The notes: a model not told the origin generated them from the letters alone. A DNA stretch of 64,000 bases from Candidatus Heimdallarchaeum aukensis (GCA_021513695.1 CP084166.1:2720001-2784000), one strand, 5' to 3'. Shown: positions 36,856 to 46,095, numbered from the stretch's first letter. Translations and numbers: made by a program.

Positions 36856-37977
36856 TCACATTTTCTTTTGGCCATCTATTAACATAAGTACACTTTGTTC
36901 TTTGGGTTTTTCATAGCCCCATTTGTTAATAAATTGCTTCCAACGAGAGTAGATCTTTAATTTATCTGCTTCTGATATTCGATATGAACCTGGTTTGTAA
37001 TCTTTTGTTTTTTCTAAATATTTGTCAAACATGGGTTTAGCATCGTTAAATCCTGGTAAAGATAAATCTTGATAAATTCCTTCTAATACTTTAATCGGAT
37101 TCTTTACAAATTCTTCGTATCTAATTTCAACATAGTTCTCTTTAGGTATTAAATCTAAATCTTGGTAAAACTTGTTGTACATCTGCTCAAAGTTTGATAG
37201 AACGAACTCATCTAGGTCTTCTTCTCTTTCTTGTAATTGAAGCAAACTAATAAGTTTCTTGTGCATTCTTTTTGTTGAAAAGAAAACTTTGTATGGATCT
37301 CTAATTATATGGATAAATTTAGCTTTAGGAAAAAGTTCTGTTAGCAAATCTACCCTTGCAGTATCAATTGGACTTTTCATTACTAGTGTTTTATCTTGCT
37401 TCTTAATTTCTAGTTTTTTGATCAAATAAAGAATACTTCTTTTTAGTTTTCTTTTCTCTTTTTTTGAGACATTCTTGAAAGTTACATACCTGTTGTAATA
37501 GTCTTGATTAGTTGGAAAATAAGCTCCGGTATAAGGAGACATTGTACAAAGATTAGCTATCGCGAAATCATGTTCACTTGGAGAATCAGCTTTAATTTTC
37601 ATATTATCTTGCGGTCTTTTTTCAGGTAAAAATAAAGATAAAAGCCAATTAAAGAAACGAGAAAAACCTAGAAAATAATAGGGAAAGACACTTTCAGTTA
37701 AAGTTATGAATTCGTGTTGGGGGTCACTTACTAATAATTCGTGCAAAAATGTAGTCCCTGTTCTCCAATGACCTAGTATAAAAATTGGTTGTTTCTTTAT
37801 TTTATGCTTAGATATTTTGCGATCAAAAAGAATCTTTTCTATGAGTATTAAAGGACTAAAAATAAATGTAAGAAAAGTTATAATTATTGCTCTTAAGCTG
37901 TATTTCCATGAGATTTTAAATCTATTTTCAAAAAGCAATTTCATCCATTTAGCAAAACTAGTTCCAACTACAAACAT
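36856..37977 (-). CDS. membrane-anchored sulfotransferase (PAPS-dependent family), paralogue 1
   Basis: 5'-PSB P-loop ILGHWRTGTTFLHELL and the 3'-PB region IHIIRDPYKVFFS. An N-terminal hydrophobic segment (AIIITFLTFIFSPLILIEKILF) precedes the catalytic domain. Confidence 0.75.
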   Translation of the reverse strand: MFVVGTSFAKWMKLLFENRFKISWKYSLRAIIITFLTFIFSPLILIEKILFDRKISKHKIKKQPIFILGHWRTGTTFLHELLVSDPQHEFITLTESVFPYYFLGFSRFFNWLLSLFLPEKRPQDNMKIKADSPSEHDFAIANLCTMSPYTGAYFPTNQDYYNRYVTFKNVSKKEKRKLKRSILYLIKKLEIKKQDKTLVMKSPIDTARVDLLTELFPKAKFIHIIRDPYKVFFSTKRMHKKLISLLQLQEREEDLDEFVLSNFEQMYNKFYQDLDLIPKENYVEIRYEEFVKNPIKVLEGIYQDLSLPGFNDAKPMFDKYLEKTKDYKPGSYRISEADKLKIYSRWKQFINKWGYEKPKEQSVLMLIDGQKKM

Positions 37978-38163
37978 TTTCTCTCTTCCAGCTCTTTCTT
38001 CTAATTAAACAATGGTGTGAAAATACATGATACTTTGTGTGAAACGAAGATTGTGTTTATAAAGCTCTGAGTGAAACAATGATATTTACATGAAAATAAT
38101 AAATTCTGGTAAGAATCATTCAATAATTAAAATGACCTTTAGGCTTTTACCATTTCTTTCTTT

Positions 38164-39039
38164 CTAATCTCTAAGTGAAAATTTGCAGTTAGTGTCTCCT
38201 TTTGCTCTACATTCTGTCTCGCTTACATTTATTTTAGGGTTGTTTAATGCACCCTCAATGAAACCTGTAAAAAAGTCGCACATTGGTTCATCTGATGAGT
38301 AACCTCTACATATTGGGCAGAGTTTCATTACAAATTGATTGTTTTTTTCATCGAAGTCTACTACTGAAATTTCGGATAGCAAATTATAAACATCTTTAGG
38401 GCTAATTACAAGTTTCTTTGAGTAATTTTTTTTAGCTAGCTTATAGCCAAAATATTTTCCAATAGATTCTAGCACATTTTTCTTTATATTTTCATCGTAC
38501 TTAGAATATAGTTCTCTTGCTAACTTTACTGTTCGTTCAGGATAATCATCTAGTAAACCCTTCTCCAGTTCTACTGATTCGAGTAATATAGTTAATGGTA
38601 AATTAGGATCAAAGATATTAAAAAATTCAGGGTTGGTTTGATAAAGATGATATAATTGGTCGTATAATTTTTGAGCCTTTACACCAAAAGTCTCAAAAAT
38701 AGATTTTTCAATATAAGTAATATCTTGGGTTTCAAAGAAATATGAAAAATCTTTCAAAAATTCAATTTCTATTTGCTTAACAAGAAATTGCCCCAACTTT
38801 ACATCTTCTTTTTCAAAGGCATGAACAACAAAAATCAATCCATGCTTTGATGAATAAATGAGGGTTCCATCTTCTGTTTGAATAGCGTAAAGGTTTGAAT
38901 GACCTAATTCTTTTAAGAATAGATCGATTGCACTAGAAACGCCAGCAAAAAGAATTTCATCAATATCTTGTTTTTTGTCAATTGAGAATTTGAATACTGG
39001 TAACCCTGTTAAATGAAAGATGTAAACAGCTTTAATCAT
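38164..39039 (-). CDS. longin-like N-terminal domain plus C-terminal V4R domain protein (TRAPP Bet3/Trs-like)
   Basis: The C-terminal CPICRGY...CDFFTGFIEGALNN...ETECRAKGDTNCKFSL matches the V4R consensus (C..C...G..xG....ETxCxAxGxxxCxF). The N-terminal ~120 aa (MIKAVYIFHLTGLPVFKFS...) have a roadblock/longin-like pattern. Confidence 0.5.
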   Translation of the reverse strand: MIKAVYIFHLTGLPVFKFSIDKKQDIDEILFAGVSSAIDLFLKELGHSNLYAIQTEDGTLIYSSKHGLIFVVHAFEKEDVKLGQFLVKQIEIEFLKDFSYFFETQDITYIEKSIFETFGVKAQKLYDQLYHLYQTNPEFFNIFDPNLPLTILLESVELEKGLLDDYPERTVKLARELYSKYDENIKKNVLESIGKYFGYKLAKKNYSKKLVISPKDVYNLLSEISVVDFDEKNNQFVMKLCPICRGYSSDEPMCDFFTGFIEGALNNPKINVSETECRAKGDTNCKFSLRD

Positions 39040-39097
39040 TGATAATCTACTTTTCTTATGCTGCTTTTTTACTTTTTGGTTTTTTTTGTTTGTTAAA

Positions 39098-39457
39098 TCA
39101 TTCTTCTCCTAGTAATCTTTTTGATAATTGATAAAATTGGAAAAACATAACCACTAGTAAAATAATTGCTATTACCATTAAACCTAATTTGGTTGGTTTC
39201 CAAATTTGGTCATAAAAGGATTTTGGGTTAAACCAGAAAAACTCATCATAAGCATTCATTAATGAACTGAGTGTTCCAAGTATTCCAAAACTTAATAGTG
39301 GATAGAAAATTTTCTTTTTTTCAAAAAGTGGAAAACGTTTTCTAAGTATAAATATTATAACTACTAAAAAAATAAAAGTAACAAATAGCAATACATCAAA
39401 AATTGCCTTCAAAATAGCTAAAATATTATCAGGCAAGTGAAGAATTACTGAAACCAT
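39098..39457 (-). CDS. small polytopic membrane protein
   Basis: Three predicted TM helices, with an ATG start one nt after the stop of the upstream ORF. Confidence 0.4.
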   Translation of the reverse strand: MVSVILHLPDNILAILKAIFDVLLFVTFIFLVVIIFILRKRFPLFEKKKIFYPLLSFGILGTLSSLMNAYDEFFWFNPKSFYDQIWKPTKLGLMVIAIILLVVMFFQFYQLSKRLLGEE

Positions 39458-39458
39458 T

Positions 39459-39788
39459 TCATAAACCCCATTGTTTTTTTCCTTCAGTAGAAGTTAACAG
39501 TAATCCAATTGCAATTAAAGCTATTGCAGTGAAAAAGAATAGTCCGTCAAAAAGATCGAACCAATCACTCAAATTTCCAAAATCAAATGTGTCAAAGATA
39601 TCGAACAAACTATGTAAAATCCCACAAAATAAACCAACTTGAATAACAATCCAACTCTTTGTGCGAGAAATTTTAGGATAGTTTTTACTTAATATTGAAG
39701 TCATAAAGAATGATGTTGAAAAACCTAAAAATGAAATTATTTCAAATATGAATAAATAAATGTCTGGAGCTTCAAATATTGCCATCAA
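39459..39788 (-). CDS. small polytopic membrane protein
   Basis: Hydrophobic ORF with ATG start. Its TGA stop is separated from the next ATG by one nt (TGAAATG). Confidence 0.4.
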   Translation of the reverse strand: MMAIFEAPDIYLFIFEIISFLGFSTSFFMTSILSKNYPKISRTKSWIVIQVGLFCGILHSLFDIFDTFDFGNLSDWFDLFDGLFFFTAIALIAIGLLLTSTEGKKQWGL

Positions 39789-40000
39789 ACAAAATGTCTT
39801 ATCCTTATTTTTAAGATTTTTGGGTTCAAGAATTAAAAAATGAAAAAAAGCGATGAAATTTTTGGTAAATTCTCGAATTTTTTAAACTTATATCTCCACG
39901 AATTCTATTGCTTGATATAACAATTCTTTTCTTAACGCTTTCCAAAAAGAATTTCAAAGGTTTTATTTTCTCTTCATTATTTTTATCGGTTCTTCACAAC

Positions 40001-40010
40001 ATTTAAATAT
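40001..40010 (+). promoter_or_regulatory. candidate TATA box (atttaaatat) for the nuo operon
   Basis: TATA-like decamer about 185 nt upstream of the nuoJ ATG, followed by an unusually GC-rich palindromic leader. Confidence 0.3.
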
Positions 40011-40036
40011 GCAACTGTAAAAATTACTCGTCGATT

Positions 40037-40110
40037 GTGTGCAGTTGTGTCATTAGTGCGCACAAAGTGCATAACCATGCACAGCGGTTCTAGATAGACA
40101 CTCTGTACAG
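40037..40110 (+). promoter_or_regulatory. GC-rich nested inverted repeats in the nuo leader (candidate operator or structured 5'-UTR)
   Basis: The outer imperfect inverted repeat is TGTGCAGTTGTGTC ... GACACTCTGTACA. Inside it are the palindrome GTGCGCAC and the perfect inverted repeat GTGCAT-aacc-ATGCAC. Local GC is far above the intergenic background. Confidence 0.4.
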
Positions 40111-40194
40111 ACAAAATAAGAATAATTGTGAATAGAATGATGAAAACGGAAAGAAATTCTGACTTCTTCTATAATTTATTTTTTGGTGATAACA

Positions 40195-40728
40195 ATGGTT
40201 AATGTTTATGCAATTGACTATATCATTATGGCTGTGCTTATTATAATAAGCGCAATAATGGCTCTAGAAGCAAGAGAAATAGTCTATGCAATTTTTTTCT
40301 TTGACCTGTTTACAATAGGCATTGGAGGAATGTTTCTTTTATTCAACGCTGGTTATGTGGCAATGTTTCAGTTGGCAGTCTATGCTGGTGCTGTGGCAGT
40401 AACAGTGTTGTTTGCAGTAATGCTTACAAGACGAACTGCGACAGGAAAAGAAATTATCTCTTTTGCATCAATACGAAATAAAATTGCAAGTCTTGTTTTA
40501 GCTCTCAGCATTGCAGCATTAATGCTTATTCTAGTTTCGAGATATGATTGGGCTACTCCTGCTGGTGATTATCCTGATCCATTAGGTGGTGGAGCGATAT
40601 TTACAAGTATAGTTACGAACTATGTTGTACCTTTTCTAGGAATTAGTCTAATTCTTGCTGCTTCTTTGGTAGGAAGCGTTGCATTGCTAAGAGAAGAGAG
40701 AAGTAAAAAGGAGGTTGCCAGTAAATGA
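40195..40728 (+). CDS. nuoJ: complex I subunit J (ND6-like)
   Basis: YAGAVAVTVLFAVMLT and the NuoJ TM pattern. The track start at 40183 is TTG; the likely start is ATG 40195, 5 nt after GGTGA. Confidence 0.8.
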   Translation: MVNVYAIDYIIMAVLIIISAIMALEAREIVYAIFFFDLFTIGIGGMFLLFNAGYVAMFQLAVYAGAVAVTVLFAVMLTRRTATGKEIISFASIRNKIASLVLALSIAALMLILVSRYDWATPAGDYPDPLGGGAIFTSIVTNYVVPFLGISLILAASLVGSVALLREERSKKEVASK

Positions 40729-41087
40729 CAGCAGTTCCAACAGAGTGGACAGTTTATTTGTCAGTAGTAATTTTGTCGATAGGTCTCTATGGTATTTTTA
40801 CTAGACGAAGTATGATACGCATTCTCCTTGGAGTAGAATTAATTTTAGGTGCAGCGACGCTGAATTTTATTGTATTTTCAATGTCTGTGCTAAATGGAGA
40901 TGTAGTAGGTCACATTCTGACCTTATTCGTTATAGCTCTAGCTGCAGCTGAAACAATTATCGGGTTAATCTTGCTTATTATGCTTTACAAAGATGTTGGC
41001 TCTATTGACATTTCTTTAGCAAGTGATGTAAAAGCGGAAGAGCAAGATGAAAATAAATTAACAAGAGGTGAAAAAGAAGATGGGTAA
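40725..41087 (+). CDS. nuoK: complex I subunit K (ND4L-like)
   Basis: LSIGLYGIFTRRSMIRILLGVELILGAATLNF is typical of NuoK. Its ATGA start overlaps the nuoJ stop. Confidence 0.85.
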   Translation: MTAVPTEWTVYLSVVILSIGLYGIFTRRSMIRILLGVELILGAATLNFIVFSMSVLNGDVVGHILTLFVIALAAAETIIGLILLIMLYKDVGSIDISLASDVKAEEQDENKLTRGEKEDG

Positions 41088-41580
41088 ATTTGCAGATTTT
41101 TTTAAGAAATGGGCTCGTAGTTCCTCTATTTGGCCCGTCAGATATTGTGTAGCCTGCTGTTCTACAGAAATGGCGGCAGCAATGGCTTCAAGATTTGATA
41201 TGGAACGTTATGGTGTGATGCCAGTTTGGGGACCTCGTCAAGCTGATTTTCTCATGATTGGTGGAATTGTTACTAAAAAAGCAGCAACAAGAATAAAAAC
41301 AATTTATGAGCAAATGCCTGAACCGAAGTATGTACTAGCTTTAGGTGCTTGTACAAGTGGTGGAGGACCTTATTATGATAGTTACAATGCAGTTCAAGAT
41401 GTAAGTGAGATTGTTCCTATTGATGTATATGTTCCTGGTTGCCCTCCTAGACCAGAAGCAATCCTAAGAGGAATTGAGATGATACAAGAAATGATTAAGA
41501 AAGGAATTAGAGCTGATGCTCCTCTACAAGTCGATGAAAAGACCAAATTGAAGGAGGTTCTAAAGTCATATGAACGTTGA
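41080..41580 (+). CDS. nuoB: complex I subunit B (PSST, N2 cluster)
   Basis: The CCSTEM, GACTSGGGPY and VPGCPP cysteine motifs. The track start at 41068 is GTG; the likely start is ATG 41080 after GAGGTGA. Confidence 0.9.
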   Translation: MGKFADFFKKWARSSSIWPVRYCVACCSTEMAAAMASRFDMERYGVMPVWGPRQADFLMIGGIVTKKAATRIKTIYEQMPEPKYVLALGACTSGGGPYYDSYNAVQDVSEIVPIDVYVPGCPPRPEAILRGIEMIQEMIKKGIRADAPLQVDEKTKLKEVLKSYER

Positions 41581-42040
41581 AGAGTTAAAAAAGAAGTTTC
41601 TAGACAATATAAAAACGGCTCAAGAAGAGAAAATTCAAGATAATCAGATTTTTATTAAAATCGACAAAGAGGATATCAAAACTGTTTCTAAATTTATCAA
41701 GGAGCAATTTGATGACGTAAATAAAATACTAGAGCAAGTTTTTGCTATAGATTTTCCTGATAGAAATGAAATGGAAATGATTTACACCTGGTGGTTTATC
41801 GAATATCATGCCTTAGTTCATTTTCGTGTAATCTTACCATATGATGATCTGAAAGTTGTATCTATTCAAGATGATTGGGTCGCTGCTAATTGGCATGAGC
41901 GAGAAACTTGGGAAATGTTTGGGATAGATTTTGAAGGACATCCAAACTTAAAGCAATTTTTGCTCTCAGACGAACTTTTCGGTAAACATCCTATGAGGAA
42001 ATCTTTCAAAATTGAGCATAATCCGGAGGAAGCAAAATGA
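41570..42040 (+). CDS. nuoC: complex I subunit C (30 kDa)
   Basis: NuoC-like length and conserved WHERETWEMFGIDFEGHPNL block. AGGAGGT upstream. Confidence 0.8.
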   Translation: MNVEELKKKFLDNIKTAQEEKIQDNQIFIKIDKEDIKTVSKFIKEQFDDVNKILEQVFAIDFPDRNEMEMIYTWWFIEYHALVHFRVILPYDDLKVVSIQDDWVAANWHERETWEMFGIDFEGHPNLKQFLLSDELFGKHPMRKSFKIEHNPEEAK

Positions 42041-43152
42041 CAGAAAATAAAGAAAGAAGTTCAAGTTTAGTTTCTTTTAGCTATGGTCCTCAACATCCTG
42101 GAACACATCCTTATTCCTTACTTTTAACTGTTGATGGAGATCGAATAGAAAAAGTAGAAGCACAGATTGGTTATGTTCATAGAGGATTAGCTAAACAAGC
42201 TGAATCAAGAACATTTATCCAAGCTTTACCAATAATGGAAAGATCTTGTTTCATTGATTCAGTTAACCATCAATTTGGTTATGTCATGGCAGTGGAAAAA
42301 TTAGCCGGTATAGAAGTACCAGAAAGAGCAGAATACCTTAGAGTTATTGCTGCTGAATTATCACGCATGAACTCTTTGATAAGCTGGTTTGGTGGTTACG
42401 CAGCTGAAACTGGAATTAACTCAGCTTTCATGTGGGCTTGGAAAGATAGAGAAATGTTTCTTGACCTATTTGGCCATCTTGCAGGAAGCAGAGTTTCTGT
42501 AATGTACTTAACTATCGGAGGAGTTAGGTGGGATTGGAATGATAAGCTAACCAATTTAACTTGGGAAATTATTGATTATATGGAAGAGAGACTAAAAATA
42601 CACAAAAAGCTGGTTATGAAGAATTCAATATTCAAAAAACGAACTAAAGGTGTAGGAGTCGTTTCAAAAGAGAAAGCACTAGAATATGCATTTACAGGGC
42701 CTAACTTAAGAGCTTCAGGAGTACAAGGCGATATTAGAATTTTAGAACCCTATAGTGTTTATGATCATTTCAAATTTACTCCTAAAGTAATGACTGAGGG
42801 AGATAACTGGGCTAGAACCATGATTCGTCTACACGATATTGAAACTAGTATGGAGATTCTAAAACAAGCTCTTCCAGAGATTCCCGAAGGAGAATACAAG
42901 ACTAAAGTTCCTCTAAAATTAAGAGCTAATGCTGGCGAGGCATATGCAAGAGTAGAGTTGTCTAGAGGAGTCATGGGTTATTATATTAGAACAGTGGAGG
43001 ACAAATCAACAAAACCCTATAGAGTTAAAATAAGAGGACCTTCATTCTCACACTTCCAAATTGTAGAAGATATTCTAGTTGGAACACATATGGCTGATAT
43101 TCCAATAATCAAAGGTTCTCTAGATGTATGTCCAGCAGATTTAGATAGATAA
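42037..43152 (+). CDS. nuoD: complex I subunit D (49 kDa), no NiFe-binding cysteines
   Basis: SFSYGPQHPGTHPYSLLLTVDGDRI and the RGxEK-like core. The N- and C-termini lack the RxCGxC and DPCxxC motifs of hydrogenase large subunits. Confidence 0.85.
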   Translation: MTENKERSSSLVSFSYGPQHPGTHPYSLLLTVDGDRIEKVEAQIGYVHRGLAKQAESRTFIQALPIMERSCFIDSVNHQFGYVMAVEKLAGIEVPERAEYLRVIAAELSRMNSLISWFGGYAAETGINSAFMWAWKDREMFLDLFGHLAGSRVSVMYLTIGGVRWDWNDKLTNLTWEIIDYMEERLKIHKKLVMKNSIFKKRTKGVGVVSKEKALEYAFTGPNLRASGVQGDIRILEPYSVYDHFKFTPKVMTEGDNWARTMIRLHDIETSMEILKQALPEIPEGEYKTKVPLKLRANAGEAYARVELSRGVMGYYIRTVEDKSTKPYRVKIRGPSFSHFQIVEDILVGTHMADIPIIKGSLDVCPADLDR

Positions 43153-43165
43153 GAAGGTGAAAGTA

Positions 43166-44140
43166 ATGAATACAGATTTTCTATTTATAAAAGTCGCAGT
43201 ATTTCCTGGTGTCCTTTTCGTACTATTTGGATGTCTTTATTTGATGTATTTCGAAAGGAAAACAATAGCGAGAATTCATGGAAGAATAGGGCCACAATAT
43301 GTAGGCTATGGAGGTTTGTTACAAACAATAGCTGATCTAATGAAATTAATGTTTAAGGAATGGATATTCCCAAAAACAGCAAAGAAAGCAGCTCTATTTC
43401 TAACCCCTATTGCTCTATTTCTACTTGCTTTTCTACCCCTATCGGTTGTTCCATGGGGAGAAAATTGGTATGTAGCAGATTTCAGTGTTACATTGATCTT
43501 TGCATTTGTGGTTATAGCTGCTATTCCTTTCTTAAGCCTTCTACTTGGTTGGTCCTCAGGAAGTAAATATTCTTTGATAGGCGGATACAGAGCTGCATCA
43601 CAACAAATTGTGTTTGAGGTTCCTTTATTTCTTTCTGCATTAACTCCTGCTATACTTGCAAATAGTTTGAGTTTAATGGATATTACAAAAAATCAGAAAA
43701 TATGGTTCCTTGTACTGAATCCAATCGCTGCTTTCGTCTTTTTCGTTTCTATGCTTGCAATGATGGAAAGACAACCTTTTGATATTCCTGAAGCAGAATC
43801 CGAATTAGTATTTGGTTGGAAAACAGAGTTAAGTGGTATTTTCTTTGGTTGGTCAATATTCGCTGGTTACACTATTATGATCGGAGGAAGTGCTCTATTT
43901 GTTGTTTTATTCATGGGTGGTTTTAACGGGCCAGGAAATAATTTAGGTGTCCTATGGTTTATGCTCAAACTAGCTTTGATATGGCTTATTCTTTTCGCTA
44001 TGAGAGCAGTTTTACCAAGATATAGAATGGATCAGATACTAAGAATGTCTTGGAGGTTGATGATACCACTTTCTTTGGTCAGTATTGGCTTATCAATCGG
44101 GTTACTATTTGCATTCCCCAATTTCTTCAGAGGTGTATAA
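43166..44140 (+). CDS. nuoH: complex I subunit H (ND1-like)
   Basis: The ERKTIARIHGRIGPQYVGYGGLLQTIADLMKL region and eight TM helices. The track start at 43157 is GTG; the likely start is ATG 43166 after AAGGTGA. Confidence 0.85.
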   Translation: MNTDFLFIKVAVFPGVLFVLFGCLYLMYFERKTIARIHGRIGPQYVGYGGLLQTIADLMKLMFKEWIFPKTAKKAALFLTPIALFLLAFLPLSVVPWGENWYVADFSVTLIFAFVVIAAIPFLSLLLGWSSGSKYSLIGGYRAASQQIVFEVPLFLSALTPAILANSLSLMDITKNQKIWFLVLNPIAAFVFFVSMLAMMERQPFDIPEAESELVFGWKTELSGIFFGWSIFAGYTIMIGGSALFVVLFMGGFNGPGNNLGVLWFMLKLALIWLILFAMRAVLPRYRMDQILRMSWRLMIPLSLVSIGLSIGLLFAFPNFFRGV

Positions 44141-44183
44141 TTTGGCAGATAAAAACTTTCTAACTAACATAAGATCGTTATAC

Positions 44184-44627
44184 ATGGCTATTGCACAGAT
44201 GTTCAAGAAACCATTCACAACAAAGTATCACACAACAAACAAAGAAAGAATAGTGGAATACGACAGATTGCGTGGAGAACTTATAATGAACTTACCCAAA
44301 TGTGTGGGTTGTACACTATGTGTTCAAGCTTGTCCTAATGCTGCATTGAAAATGGTTTCATATGACAATGGAAATCCAAGAAACAAAAAGAAACATGTTC
44401 CTTCTTTTAATTTAGGACTCTGCAGTTTTTGCGCTTTATGTGTAGAAGCTTGTCCTTATGATGTCCTAGAAATGGGTAAAGTGTACGATAGAGCCTATGC
44501 CACTATGGAAGATATGCTTCGTTCTCCTGAGGAGATGTATGAGGATTGGATTGAACAGAAAGGAGAAGAAGATGAAATAGATCCTGAAGAAATTGAAACT
44601 GACAAAATCGATATCGAGGAGGATTAA
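44184..44627 (+). CDS. nuoI: complex I subunit I (2x[4Fe-4S] ferredoxin-type)
   Basis: CVGCTLCVQACP and CSFCALCVEACP. The track start at 44085 overlaps nuoH; ATG 44184 avoids the overlap. An acidic C-terminal tail. Confidence 0.8.
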   Translation: MAIAQMFKKPFTTKYHTTNKERIVEYDRLRGELIMNLPKCVGCTLCVQACPNAALKMVSYDNGNPRNKKKHVPSFNLGLCSFCALCVEACPYDVLEMGKVYDRAYATMEDMLRSPEEMYEDWIEQKGEEDEIDPEEIETDKIDIEED

Positions 44628-44628
44628 A

Positions 44629-46086
44629 ATGGTTGTTAGTACAGTTTTGTTATTAATTTCTATAATAGCTCCTTTAGTTATAGGATTCTTATTATTCATT
44701 CCATTCCTTCAAAAATATGCAGGGTGGATAACAGCTGGAGTATCTACTGTCGTTTTAGCCTTCTTAATTACTGCTTCTGTTCCAATATGGAACAGTTCTG
44801 TAACAAAAGTGGAACTCCAATGGGCTCCAGCAGCTGGTCTGTTAATGGGATTCTTGTTGGACAATCTATCAGCACTTATTGCATTATTGATAGCAGTTGT
44901 TTCTACCTTAACAGCTTTCTATTCCATAAAATATATGGAGCATGAAGAGAGAAAAGGATTATACTTTAGCTTATACAACTTCTTCTTTGCAGGTATGCTC
45001 GGAGTAGTTCTATCTACAAACCTCCTAGAGTTTTTCTTCTTCTGGGAACTTATGCTAATTCCTAGTTACTTAATGATTGTTTATTGGGGTACTAAAGCTA
45101 AAGCAGCAAAAGTTGCATTGAAGTATTTCTTCTATACTCAAGTGGGTTCTATTGGAATAATTGTTAGTTTTGCAATTATTGCCTTTTATGGTAACAGTTT
45201 AAACATTGCAGAAATTGCAACTAATCTCTCAATATCTTCACTTCCAAATGCTATACTCTACTTAACCTTTATACTACTGATGATAGGTTTAGCTGTAAAA
45301 CTCGCTATCTTTCCTTTCCAAAATTGGTTACCTGATGCTCACGGAGAAGCTCCAACACCAATAAGTGTATTGCTCTCTGCAGTTATGATCGAAACAGCAG
45401 CTTATGCAATAGTTCGTATTGCTATGCAATTTTATGGAGAGATTTTCGAAACATCTAGGATTGTCTTTGAGAGTGTAGGAGTATTTACCCTCTTGTATGG
45501 AGGCTTCTTAGCTTTAAGGCAAACAGATGTTAAAAGACTACTCGCTTATTCTTCTGTAAGCCAAATGGGTTATGTCTTTATTGGTTTATCAACATACAAC
45601 CAATTTGGTGTTTCAGGAGGATTATTCCACATATTAGCTCATGGATTTGGAAAAGGGATACTCTTCATGACTGCAGGAATTCTCATACATGAAGTGAAAA
45701 CTAGAGATATTACTGCAATGGGTGGATTAGGTAGAAAAATGCCTTTCACTGCTATAATTTCATTTATTGCAGCATTAAATCTCGCTGGAACACCCCCACT
45801 AAGTGGATTCTTCAGTGAATGGTTTATCTTTAGTGGCGCATTCTATCAAGCAACAACAGAGTTTGTAATTCTAGGTATTTTTCTATTACTAGGTTCAATA
45901 TTAAGCGCAGCTTATATGCTACGTTTTCTGTGGAAAGTGTTCCTTGGTCCTTTACCAGGAGAACTAGAAAAGACAAAAGAAACAAAGCTATTACTTTGGG
46001 TTCCAGGAGCGATTTTAGCACTATTGGCTATATTCTTCGGTATCTTTGCTAATGTTGCAATTGAACTTTTCAGTACAGTGATTTGA
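44629..46086 (+). CDS. additional antiporter-like subunit, NuoM/ND4-like (or MrpD-like)
   Basis: WLPDAHGEAPTPISVLLSAVMIETAAYAIVRI is a NuoM-type motif. The ATG at 44629 directly follows the nuoI stop, and GAGGAGGA lies upstream. Confidence 0.75.
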   Translation: MVVSTVLLLISIIAPLVIGFLLFIPFLQKYAGWITAGVSTVVLAFLITASVPIWNSSVTKVELQWAPAAGLLMGFLLDNLSALIALLIAVVSTLTAFYSIKYMEHEERKGLYFSLYNFFFAGMLGVVLSTNLLEFFFFWELMLIPSYLMIVYWGTKAKAAKVALKYFFYTQVGSIGIIVSFAIIAFYGNSLNIAEIATNLSISSLPNAILYLTFILLMIGLAVKLAIFPFQNWLPDAHGEAPTPISVLLSAVMIETAAYAIVRIAMQFYGEIFETSRIVFESVGVFTLLYGGFLALRQTDVKRLLAYSSVSQMGYVFIGLSTYNQFGVSGGLFHILAHGFGKGILFMTAGILIHEVKTRDITAMGGLGRKMPFTAIISFIAALNLAGTPPLSGFFSEWFIFSGAFYQATTEFVILGIFLLLGSILSAAYMLRFLWKVFLGPLPGELEKTKETKLLLWVPGAILALLAIFFGIFANVAIELFSTVI

Positions 46087-46095
46087 GGTGAAAAA

